Positions 41,641-55,786 of a DNA stretch of 64,000 nucleotides are shown piece after piece; the stretch's first letter is position 1, and each line of letters opens with the position of its first letter. Both the position numbers and the translations under genes were made by a program. Source of the DNA: Eledone cirrhosa (taxonomy: Eukaryota); assembly GCA_964016885.1 (NCBI GenBank), contig OZ024740.1, positions 115,878,001-115,942,000 on the forward strand. Direction: 5' to 3'. Under the pieces are notes generated by a model. It did not search any database and was not told where the DNA came from. It saw only the letters and a program-made list of their open reading frames with translations.

Positions 41641-41769
41641 GTTTCTGAGGAAGACGGTGTGATGGATCATGGATTTCGTGACTAGAAGTAGGGAGTGACA
41701 TAACCACTACCTGTTTGTCAATATATTGATTAACTATCATCAATCAACCGCCTGAAACGATCGTAAAAC
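41641..41769 (+). ncRNA. type I hammerhead ribozyme with long helix II, in a (TA)n-flanked module (~41637-41840)
   Basis: gttt-CTGAGGA-agacggt..accgcct-GAAA-cgatcg-TA-aaac. Confidence 0.75.
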
Positions 41770-41846
41770 TACTGAACTAATTCAGAACCTATCGTCGACT
41801 TTTGTTATATTTTCACCATTCAATGCACACAGACACAAATATATGT

Positions 41847-41898
<52 letters not shown>

Positions 41899-42099
41899 CA
41901 TAATATAATACACTACAATACAATGCAAAATATAATATTGAAAAACATAAAGAAAAATGATTTGGCATTTCAAATGTAAAATGTATTCCTTCTGTAAATG
42001 TTTTATTTCTATTACAGTAGTTAAAATTCCTCCCAAGAACATTAACATATTTTAAAGCCCAGCCTGATAGCTTTTGTCAGTTATTATTTCTATATTTCA

Positions 42100-42810
42100 T
42101 ATATTTATTCCCTGTCATATTGCTAGTATTTTCTCCCGAGAGATTCAGATTTTAGATTTACATTTCCCCCATGTTTTTAATTTTCACGTCCTCAAGTGTT
42201 TTCAGCGTTTTTCTCCTCTAACCAGCCATTATTCTAACCATTGTAAAGATTATCTGATGGTTTTCAGATACACTTTCACTGTCACCAATTCATCGTTTGG
42301 CTATGGTGTTTGGTTATGTTGTTCGGCTCTCGATTGTAAGGTTCTGAGTTCGATTCCCGGTGGAGCGTCGTGTCTTGAAGCCAGACCCTTTCATTTCACA
42401 CTGCTCCAGTCCACCCAGTTGGTAAAACAATGAGTTATACCCGTGATTTCAAAGAATCAGCCTTGTCACACACAGTGTAACGTGGGAACAACGTTATCGG
42501 TACTCGTGTCTGTGCAATATTCAACCACTTGTCCGTTAATTTCATGCGAAGGTTGTTCTATTGTTCGAACTAGAACACTCCGCTTCGGAACCGACGGAGG
42601 TCCAACATACACTTCGTATATTTGATCCCTGTCATAATTCCCGAATTGCTATTTCTTTCTCCCTAGAGATTCACCTTTTAGATTTACATTCCCTCTATGT
42701 TTTTAATTTTCTTGTCCTCAATTGTTTTCAACGACTCTTTTTCTCTCTTACCACCCATTATTCTAGTTACTGTAAAGCCTATCTGATGGTTTACACTGTC
42801 ATCAAATCAT
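42100..42810. repeat. diverged ~200 bp direct duplication (42100-42295, 42617-42810) on either side of a SINE
   Basis: shared ccctgtcata..gagattca..ttagatttacatt..atgtttttaatttt..ccattattcta..atctgatggttt. Confidence 0.75.
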
Positions 42811-44089
42811 TTTAGGCTAATTTACATATTTTTTCTATTATAGTATGTAGTCTGTCTTTGTATTTTACACATTTTAAAATCTCAGTTTTCTCTCCAGACT
42901 GTTTCAATTGGCAAAATATTTGATTTCAAAGTGCAAAAAAAAAAAGTTGAATTTAAACAAAACAACACATCTAACTGAGGATTGCTGACATTCTTTTCCT
43001 CTCTATTCCTGGCGTCTACAAAGATTTACTACTCTGTTGTCCGTCTACAGCAGCCATTTACAATATTTACGACTATTCTTGCTCGTAATACTACTAGTTC
43101 TCGACACATTTTCATTCTTTGCTTTGGATAATCCAATTACTTTTTGTCTTTCCTTTTTATTATTTTAAAACCATTTTTAAAAACCAATTTTTGCCATTTT
43201 GTATTTTCCTGTTGCCGACCTTTCTTCTGTGTGTTATTTTACTAGTTTTTACAGAATGTGTTCAGGTTCACAAGCTGAAAGCCGGAAACTTCCACTCCCT
43301 GAAAACAAAACAGAATGGTGCTATGCTGACAACACAAGTACTACTGTGCTTATTTTAGGAATTTACACTTATGAACTATTATTACTCCAGAGGCTCTCTA
43401 ATCACAATAAAACTAATAACAATGCCATGGACTAAAATAACATGGCAGCTATACAGTCTTTGTTAGTCTCAAACTGAAATGAACAGAGAATAACAGATAA
43501 CGAAGCCCATTATATTACTTGTACTTATGGCAGTGACACTTGAAAGATAAAATAGCAAATTGGTCTCAAATAGACTTACAAAGATCCCTAATATGGCTCT
43601 TTCCTTCCTAAACCTACTTTGTCAAATTACTTTGTAAATATATCCTAAGTGATGTATTTCCAAATGATGTTTAAATTTATGTTTTTATATGAGTAAATAT
43701 ATTTGCATTATTTTAAGGTAAGGATGGATGTGAGTTTCATTATTTTACACAACATAAATTACGTCTATATTAAACTTAAACAAACAAATGTATATATTCT
43801 TCTTTAACTTTGACATTACTTCTAAACAAATTACATTTTATTCACTATGTACTGTCTTCGCTGAAAGTAGTGAAGTAGCAGAGTCGTTAGAACGTCAGAT
43901 AGAATTTTTGTGATATTTGTTCCGAATCTCTGCGCTCTGAGTTCAAGTTCCACCGAGGTCAACTTTGCCTGTTATCCTTTCGAGGTCGATAAATAAAGTA
44001 CCAGTTCAGTACTGGAGTCGTTTCTTTCTTTATATCTCTTTCTCATTCACTTTCTCTCTCTTTGTTGTCAGGCGCTAACAGCCCCCTAC

Positions 44090-44930
44090 TAATCGAGCAA
44101 TGCGGTCACTCTAGAGTTCTATAGAGGACTAGTGGGGGACATGTGCGACGACATCCGTGGAGAGGCTCTGGGCGTCGACGAAATCAGACCAGACTGTTCC
44201 GGAAAAAATTTCAGGTCGGGGACTGTGGACAACTTCCAGAAATCGCAGACCTGGCAGTGCTACCCGGGGCAGGTACTGCCAGTTCGAAATAAACTCTACA
44301 GGCACGGAAGTGCGGTCAGAAGGACCTGTCCAAGATGCGCGCAGTGCAACGAAACCCTTTGGCATCCACTCGTACAGTGTCTGTGCACTACTGACTTGTG
44401 GAGTTATGTCGAACAGCTGTTATCGTTTGTATGGCCGATATGGGAAGATCTTTTGACCGGGAAGGGCAGGCAATTTTCCTTTGCTTGCCTGTAGCGAAAG
44501 AGGTTGACTGGTAGACGCGACTGAAAAGATTGAAGACAGACACTTACTTCTTCAGCCAAGCCTACATCAACTTTTTCAAGTTCCCCTTGAAAAGGAAGGT
44601 GAAGGTAGAGAAGGAAGTGTTGCCCCCCCCCCCCCCCAGTACATTTGTTAAAAGATGGATGAGTGTAGTGAGGATGGCCCGTGTGAATAGGCCTACTCTG
44701 TCTATGTGACTGTAGGCTGCTTAATTTGGAGAGCAGAGGCGCGCCCTCCTTTGGTGCTCTTGGATGATTTAACATTGGCGGGGTTCCTGAGTCACCCATG
44801 TGTGGTACTTCTCCTATTGGGGAATTTCATTATGTATTTTGTTGTGTTTTTACTCGATTTCAAGTAACCTCCACCGCTACTGTCCCTGTTCTTTTTTTGT
44901 ATTGTCCCCTGTATCGTCCCTTGTGCCTAA
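44090..44930 (+). mobile_element. Tx1-family LINE 3' fragment (older, diverged relative of copies A-C)
   Basis: DNFQKSQTWQCY..LPVRNKLYRHG..CPRC..ETLWHPLVQC homologous to the ORF2 C-termini above; similar 3' UTR. Confidence 0.85.
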
Positions 44931-45307
44931 ATTAGAAATCGTTATTATTATTATTTTCTGTAGGTCCATTTACTACACTGTCGGGTCAACCGAAGCAGTG
45001 TGAGTGAAATTTATTAATTGGAAGCTGTTTGGAAGTTCGTCGGATGGATTGTACATTAAAAGTACATGTGCCTGGAATACTCAGCCACTTGTACGTTTAT
45101 TTCACGAGCGGACTGTTCCGTTGATCGAACAACTGAAACATTCATTGTCGAAACTAATGGAGGCCCATTCAATTCGCTTATTGTTAAATATTGTTTATTA
45201 GTTTATTCCTACTAATTTTCTTTGTTTCTTTTTCATATGTACTTTTAAATAACAATGAAAATTACTCTCGATACATGTCTTACCAAGAAGTCGGAATTCT
45301 CATTCTT

Positions 45308-45741
45308 TTAACCCTTTAGATATCAATCAAGAGAAACAGCTCTTGGTTCTACATTACAAAACTGTTTATTTTAATGTTAATATTTATCTAAAACCTTCCA
45401 TCATAATTTTATGTAAGAAACCTCGTTAAACCATCATCCTAAAACTATTACTAATGTGAAAGTTACTTATTTTACTAAATACGTCTAAAGAGTTCTTTAT
45501 TTTCAAAACTATTTGAAAAGGATAGGCAGTATTTTTCATTAAAAATATGCTAACAGAAGGGTATACATTTATCTGAAAACCTTCCATCATACATTTATGT
45601 AAGAACCTTTATGTTAAAAAACCTACTAAATAATGAAAACATTAGTTATATTACTAAATCTCCAAATTCATCTTCATTTTCAAAATTATTTGAAATCATA
45701 GGCCGTGTCTTCCATTAGAAATAAGGTAACGAAAAGGTTAA
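45308..45741. mobile_element. piggyBac-type MITE with internal tandem duplication
   Basis: TTAAcccttt ... aaaaggTTAA ends; ~180 bp internal repeat (atttatct..aaaaccttccatcata..). Confidence 0.55.
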
Positions 45742-46073
45742 CTCAGAAATAGATTAACATTAACAGGTTAGAACAATCACGGAACACTGGAATGCTCATG
45801 GAAAAAGTCTGGTTCTCGTTGCTTTAATACATTAAAACAATATGAGAGAAATTGGTAGCGTTTAGATATCTGTGGCAAATTCTTTACAACAGTAGAATTC
45901 GTTTGGTGCAGTTTCCTGTCCCAGAAATGTCTCTCTTACTGACAGTTACCAAGTACTATATACTCAATAACTTATCTGCCATCCCACATATTGTTCTATT
46001 TTAACAAATTCATCAATAATCATCTCTCTCTCTCTCCTCCCCCCTCTCTCTCTCCTCCCCTCTCTAAATACTG

Positions 46074-46205
<132 letters not shown>

Positions 46206-46269
46206 AATGAAGTAATTCCGTCGGAAAAGTCCAGGAAAAAAAGAGTGCTCTATGTAGGTAACAAAGCTT

Positions 46270-48720
<2,451 letters not shown>

Positions 48721-48930
48721 ATACATATATATATATATCGTTTCTGAATTTGTTTAGCAAGATGCTTTATTTGAAAACGTGTGTTGAAACCGATATTGTT
48801 ATACTTTGGGAGGGTCATGTTGCCAATAAGAAACACACGCACAAGTTGCTTTCACTTCAATTTATTATAATAAATTTATAAATTTCCCGTTGGTTGGTTG
48901 GTTCCACAACCAGATGGTTGTTTATATATT

Positions 48931-48973
48931 GTCAAAGTTCTTTCGTCACACATTCTGTAACCTCTTCAGTGAC
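48931..48973 (-). ncRNA. minimal hammerhead ribozyme in the Penelope 3' pLTR
   Basis: minus strand: gtca-CTGAAGA-g gttaca gaatg tgtgac-GAAA-gaac-TT-tgac. Confidence 0.78.
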
Positions 48974-49018
48974 GGGATTCTTTTCTTTGTTTTTGTGCCT
49001 TTCCTTTGTTCTGTCCTA

Positions 49019-49076
49019 CGCCATCTTGTTTCTGTGTGTGTGTTGTGTGCTCAGTCTGCGCATGCGCCACATCCGG
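49019..49076 (-). promoter_or_regulatory. candidate pLTR promoter (ETS-, NRF1- and YY1-like motifs)
   Basis: minus strand: CCGGATGT (49069-49076), GCGCATGCGCA (49057-49067), CAAGATGGCG (49019-49028), just upstream of the hammerhead. Confidence 0.5.
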
Positions 49077-49172
49077 GTGTCTGTGTGTGTTTATATTCGT
49101 TTATTTATTTGTTTATTTACATGTTACTGGTTGGTTGTTTGTTCTATGTGCGTGTATGTTTTCATTTTGTCC

Positions 49173-50787
49173 TTAATTGTAAGTTGTGATGTTGCTGTTC
49201 CACTCATGTTTTCTATTTAATTTTGGTTGTAATTCTTTTATGTTTATTGCCTCTGTGATTTGTCTAAACATTGCGTCTTTTCTGTGTGTAGATTCTATTT
49301 TTATTTCTATGTTCTCTAATTTATCCTTATGTTCTATTTTAGCATGTTGGTAGAGTACAGATGATTCTTTACTATCTTGAAGGTCTCGCCAGTGTTCATT
49401 TATCCTTTCCCCTACACTACGAGCTGTCTCACCTATGTACACTATATTTTTATCTCTACATTGTCCTTCAGTACATCTTATGCTATATACTACATTTCTA
49501 GTTTTTCAGTTAATATGGGGGCTTAATTTACAGGTTATACATTTCTTATCTATACAGGGGGGTCTTTGAAAAGGGTATGTCTTGCTAATAAGTTTTTATG
49601 GAGGTACCTGGTCTTTCTACTATCTTAATATTAAGTTTATGTTTATCTAGGGCCCTTCTAAATGTGTAAGCTAATTCACCTCTAGGGGTTGTATCGATGA
49701 ACATTACACTCTGGTATTTATTGCTATCATACCATGAGTTTATTCTATTAGCCTTATTCCTAGTTCTTTCTATTCTATTCCAAAATTTGCTCCTATACAA
49801 GGAGCAGGTCCCATTTGTGTCATTATTTACCATTTTTCCCCATTTGGTTCTGGCTCCTCTATACACTCTGATTTTTTCTCTCTGATTGTAACCAGAGAAC
49901 TGCATACGGTGGATGAAGTGTTGTATGTGTCTCTCTAGTTCTTCGGGGTTGCACATGCGGGACACGTTTCTCATCACCCGTACCAAATCCGCAATCAGTA
50001 TGTTGATTTTGGTATGGTCCGAAACAGCTGAGTTTCGGTGGATCAGATATTTGGAAGTCACGGGTTTGGCATAATGGGAATGGAGGAATTGTTTTTTGTT
50101 ATTAATGGTATCTAACCAGAGTTCTGTGTCTAGTACAGGTAATCGGTGGTTGGGGTGTTTGCTTGGGTAGTCTATAGTAACTCTAATACTCTGGTGGATG
50201 GAGTTAGCTATTTGCTGGATGCCTTCCATTGTGTTTTTCTCTAATTCCTGACTGTTCTCTAGTGGGGGTGTTTTAACTACGATGTTTATATCATCAACGT
50301 AGCAGGAGTACATTATCAGGGTTAAGGGGTCTTCTAATTGTTCTTTAAGTTTAAGTTTAAGTCTACTGTCCCACCATACCATGAATAAGTTAGCTATGTC
50401 GCCTGCAATGCTAACACCAATGGCTGCTCCCTCCTCTTGGGCATATGTTTTTCCATTAAATTTGAACATATGTTCATTAAGGGTTAATTTTATGCTGACC
50501 CCCACCGCATGTGCAATCATTTTCTTTAGTTCATCGTGGTTTTCGGAGGTCCGTATGGCTCTGGTCCACCCGTTCCATCTATCTGTGTGGGTTTTCTTGG
50601 CCATTGAGGTAATGGTAGGTGGTCTGCCTCTTGCTGGTCTTGTAGGGCACAGGTTGCTAAGGTCATATGTGTCTAGATAATTATTACTATAGGTAAGTTT
50701 AAGTAGGAGTCCCAGCTCACTGGTATCAATCTCACGGAACTCAACATTGCTCTCACTGATCATTTCTACGCATTTCCACCACAGCAA
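49173..50787 (-). pseudogene. Penelope-like RT-(Cys linker)-GIY-YIG ORF; frameshift near 49590 and in-frame TGA at 49506-49508
   Basis: FKFNGKTYAQEEGAAIGVSIAGDIANLFMVWWD, YVDD, LPVLD, HYAKP, FSGY; CIDKKCITC; NVVYSIRC..YIGETARSVGERINEH..RQITEA..LNRKHEW. Confidence 0.9.
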
Positions 50788-51027
50788 TTATCTAGACACA
50801 TATGACCTTAGCAACCTTAGCAATATGTATATATATATATGTGTATGTATATGTGTGTGTATATGTATATGTATATGTGTATGTATATATGTGTGTGTAT
50901 GTATGTTTATATCTATCTGTATGTATATGTATATGTATATATAACCGTATATATTATATATTTCTGTTATATTTGTGCGCGTGTGTGTATATATATATGT
51001 ATGTATGTATGTATGTGTGTATATATA

Positions 51028-51127
<100 letters not shown>

Positions 51128-51275
51128 TACAGATGTGAGAAAAACCACAGACCCTCCATCTCAACTCACCTTTTGAAAAGCAGAAGAACTGCGAAACCGG
51201 TAAAGGAACCAAATAAATATATATATTTTTTAAAAAAATAAGACTTCAGTTGCATTTTCGATTTCATCTCTTTTT

Positions 51276-51389
<114 letters not shown>

Positions 51390-51562
51390 ATATGTGTATG
51401 TATGTATGTATGTATGTATGTATATATAGATTTAATGTGTGTGTATGGGCGTGTGTATATTTGTGCGTGTATATGCATTTTTTTATATAATGGTTTTGTG
51501 TGTATATATATAATAGCCTCAGAAACGGCTTGAGCTCTGCCGTGGGGTCAGACTTTTTCCTA

Positions 51563-51615
<53 letters not shown>

Positions 51616-52112
51616 GTAATTGTATGTGGGTGTGTATTTCTGTGGTTGTGTTTTTTTGTGTGTGTATGTATATATATATGTATATATATGTGTATATGTA
51701 TATATGTATAAGGGTGTATGTATATTCATCATTACATATAGTGATTTAATGATTATTTTCATTGATCTTTTGCTCCAGGAATTTGTTGAGTGCTCTAAAT
51801 CTGCTATAAGCATTTATACCCTTTTCTAAATATATATATATTTTTTTATTTATTATTTGTCGTATTCCCAACTTTTTATTTTAATTTTTATTTTAATTTT
51901 AATTTTTATATATACAATATTTTTTTATATATACAATATTTATTTTTTAATATATATATATAATATTTATGTTCTTTCTCATATATATATATTTAGTTAT
52001 ATATGTATATGTGTCTGTGTGTGTGTATGTATGTATACGTATGTGTATGTATATATGTGTGTGTAGATATATATGTGTATGTGAGTATGTAGTATGTATG
52101 TGTATATATGTG

Positions 52113-52182
<70 letters not shown>

Positions 52183-52185
<3 letters not shown>

Positions 52186-52635
52186 GATATTAATAAATGG
52201 AAACTATATTTATAAAACCATATTTATTTCATTATATATTTCAAGGATACCAAGTTACATTATGGTATGCCTTCATCAGACAAAATACAATATATAACAG
52301 TTTTATAAATAGACATTGACGTACCCCTTTTAAAAAATTGACCGTTGTTTTTGGAGGCTATCCTGATGGCCTCCAAAAACAACGGTCAATTTTTTAAAAG
52401 GGGTACGTCAATGTCTATTTCTAAAACTGTTATATATTGTATTTTGTCTGATGAAGGCATATCATAATGTAACTTGGTATCCTTGGAATATATATAATGA
52501 AATAAATATGGTTTTATAAATATAGTTTCTATTTATTAATATCGTATATCTACTCCAAATATTTGTCGAGTGCTTTATATCAGTTATAAAAATATTTGCT
52601 TGTTGTATCCCAACAATTTAAATAAAACTTTTGCA
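52183..52635 (+). mobile_element. family G foldback element; hammerhead intact at 52225-52287 (-), GAAA->GGAA in the + copy (52440-52504)
   Basis: palindrome 52183-52547 plus tail. Confidence 0.85.
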
Positions 52636-52792
52636 TATATATATATATATATATATATTTTAGAGAAAAATAAGGTTCATATGAATTATCTAAGAATGAG
52701 TCTTACACATATATATGTGTGTTTGTATTTGTATGTATGTGTTTGTGATATGTATGTATATGTATGTGTATATTTGTATGGTTATGTATGTA

Positions 52793-52837
<45 letters not shown>

Positions 52838-53260
52838 CTATATATATATGTATATGTGTGTGTGTGTATGTAATTGTGTATGCGTATGTATGTGTTTATG
52901 TATTTGTATATGTAAATTTATGTGTGAGAGTGTGTGTATGTATTTATTTTTACGTATGTATGTGTACGTGCATTTGTGTGTATTGCTTACCACGTGTGTT
53001 TGTTCATTTATTTGTTGCCTGTATCGCTGTCAACATCATAATAGTCTTTATATTCATTTTTATTTTTTATTATTATATATTTTTTCTTATATTTATTTGT
53101 GTGTGTGAGTATGTAGTGTGTGTATATATTTCTATTTTTGTGCATGCGTATGTATGCGTGTATATATGTGTGTATGTATGTGTATGTATGTACGTGTGTA
53201 TATGCGTATGATTGTGTGTATGTATGTATGTGTATGTATATGTGTTTGTATATGTATGTG

Positions 53261-53304
<44 letters not shown>

Positions 53305-53432
53305 GTTGTATATATGTATGTGTATGTATGGATATGTTGATATTTATGTGTGTATGTATGTATGTGTATATGTATGTGTATGTATATATATACACATATA
53401 TATGTGTGTGTGTGTGTGTGTATGTATGTGTG

Positions 53433-53481
<49 letters not shown>

Positions 53482-53623
53482 ATGTATATAATTGTGTGTG
53501 TGTGTGTGTTTGCATGTGTGTTTTTATTTTATTTTTCGTTCCCTTCTTCCTTTTCCAGCCTCACTTTCATATAGATTGCATTTTTGTTTTTAAAATCCAA
53601 CGCCAATAAATACACCAGGATTT

Positions 53624-53684
53624 TTTCATTCTGATGATCGAAAACAACATTTTTTTGCTTTTAAGAAACTACTGGTAAATGAAA
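53624..53684 (+). ncRNA. type I hammerhead ribozyme (mirror copy at ~46292-46353 has TTGATGA)
   Basis: tttcatt-CTGATGA-[helix II]-GAAA-ctactgg-TA-aatgaaa. Confidence 0.72.
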
Positions 53685-53732
53685 TAATTGCCTTATGTTG
53701 TTTATTACATAACTATATATATATATATATAT

Positions 53733-54135
53733 GAATATAGCCATAGAATATTCGAAAATATTCTGTATGTTTATAATAAACATTTTGAAGACCTAATCGC
53801 TATAGAATAGAATACGTCACGTATTACAATTAGATTCTCGATAAAAGCAAGGGAAGTAATCTACGCGTTTCATTCTTGTTAGAAATCTTCAGGACTACAT
53901 ATCCAGTGCTTTTATCGAGAATGACACAGCTAGAGACTTATAGAATACTTAGCTGTGTACAGGAACTGGTTTGAAAGAGCGGTTGCCGGTCCGGCAGAAA
54001 TTAGAAATTGGAATAAATGCTCTGAAATAGCGATATATATGTGAATATAGCCATAGAATATTCGAAAATATTCTGTATGTTTATAATAAACATTTTGAAG
54101 ATCTAATCGCTATAGATCAGAGCATTTATTCCAAT
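53733..54135 (-). mobile_element. retrozyme-like element: 310-nt period, 74-nt direct repeats (53733-53806, 54043-54116), 19-nt inverted end
   Basis: near-exact direct repeat; 54117-54135 is the reverse complement of 54007-54025; related sequence at ~20010-20100. Confidence 0.75.
53856..53898 (-). ncRNA. minimal type I hammerhead ribozyme with extended helix I (to 53834/53922)
   Basis: minus strand: gtagtc-CTGAAGA-tttct aaca agaat-GAAA-cgcg-TA-gattac, closed by attctcgataaaagca/tgcttttatcgagaat. Confidence 0.85.
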
Positions 54136-54238
54136 ATATATATATATATATATTTGTGTGTGTGTATATATATCTGTGTGTGTGTGTGTGTATATATATC
54201 TGTGTGTGTGTGTGTGTGTATATATATCTGTGTGTGTG

Positions 54239-54301
<63 letters not shown>

Positions 54302-54445
54302 ACATATACCGAGAGAAACGGATATATGTGTACACAGGTGTGGGTACAAATGAAAGCAAAGAACAACCAGCACATAATATTGACGCTGAGAGCATTTATA
54401 TTAACAGATTCACTTATTTCCGCATTCACCCTCTCTGTTCTTTTA

Positions 54446-54490
<45 letters not shown>

Positions 54491-55034
54491 CGAAGGAATT
54501 GTGGTAAGGAACCAGATGGACCATAACGCACCAGAGTACTGAATACTTAAGGTAGTAGAGTGGGTAATAGGAAAAGGTATGACCCCGACGGCAAAGCTCA
54601 AGCCGTTTCGACGGCTATTTCTGGACTGAAATAGCCGGCGAAACGGCTTGAGCTCTGCCGTCGGGGTCATACCTTTTCCTATATATATATATATATATGA
54701 GTCCTGTATTTTCGTTGCTGTGGTAATGCCGCTGGACTGCCGATCGCTATATTTGATTTGCTAAGCTGTCTAAACGTATTGTTATTACTCTGGGGTACTA
54801 TTCCCATTCGAGTGCTAAAGCTACATACCGAATTTGCATTCGTTAGCTTGGCCGCAAACCAAAGCTTCGTTAATGCTGTACTAAAATTTGTATATATATA
54901 TATATTAAGGTAGTAGAGTGGGTAATAGGAAAAGGTATGACCCCGACGGCAAAGCTCAAGCCGTTTCGACGGCTATTTCTGGACTGAAATAGCCGGCGTA
55001 CATATCACCAATCATTATATCCCGAGTTCAAAGT

Positions 55035-55410
55035 CAATGACACACGACCGTGACTTCTGGCGTCACGCAGTAATACAGGGTACCCGACCTCCCATGGGTA
55101 CATGCTGAAGCATATAAACAATATGCCCCCACTCCCCCCACCGCAAGGTGGTCGTGGAGGTGCCACGGCAAAAAAGCACCCAGCCCACACTGTAAAGTGG
55201 ACGTGTAGGCGCCACGAAAAAGCACCCAGCACTCACTGTAAATGAGGTTGGTGTTAGGAAGGGCATCCAGCTGTAGAAATCAAGCCAGATCAGTTCCTGT
55301 ATGAGCAAGGCATGGTCAGCCGACCAGACACTGCCCACAACAGGAATACCCGTCTAACCCATGCTAGCGTGGAAGAACGGACGTAAAACGGTGATGATGA
55401 TGATGATGAT
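55035..55410 (+). mobile_element. SINE/non-autonomous retroposon with RTE-like 3' end and (GAT)n tail
   Basis: ggttggtgttaggaagggcatccagctgtagaaa..acccatgctagcgtggaa..cggacgtaaaacggtgatgatgat. Confidence 0.65.
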
Positions 55411-55499
55411 ATATATATATATATATATATATAGTGGTGGAACACTGGAAGGAAATATATATATATATATATATACACTATACACACACATATATATAG

Positions 55500-55786
55500 G
55501 TTCACGTCAGTATCGAGGTGTAGAGCTAGAGAGAGAGTAATATAATAATACAACGACGATTGGTTACTCCTTCATTACGTTTAATGGTTGGTGACGCGCG
55601 TTTCGCTACTGATCAGTGTAGTGATGACAGAATGAATATACATGTATATTCATTCTGTCATCACTACCACAGAGGTCTGACAAGCTTTTGATTGCAGAGT
55701 CGGGCTAGATCGATACAGATCGAACCTTGAGCTGATCACTAGCGAAACATGCGTCACCAACCAATAAACGTAATGAAGGAGTAACT
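55500..55786. mobile_element. foldback mini-element with degenerate hammerhead (55674-55758) and an internal perfect hairpin (55618-55666)
   Basis: ggt-CTGACAA-gct..agc-GAAA-catgcg-TC-acc; the inverted arm reads GAAA-cgcgcg-TC-acc. Confidence 0.7.

Larger units (their letters stand above)
48739..50823 (-). mobile_element. Penelope-like retroelement (Naiad-like), 5'-truncated with short 5' inversion
   Basis: RT followed by GIY-YIG; 3' pLTR with hammerhead; inserted between (TA)-rich tracts. Confidence 0.9.
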
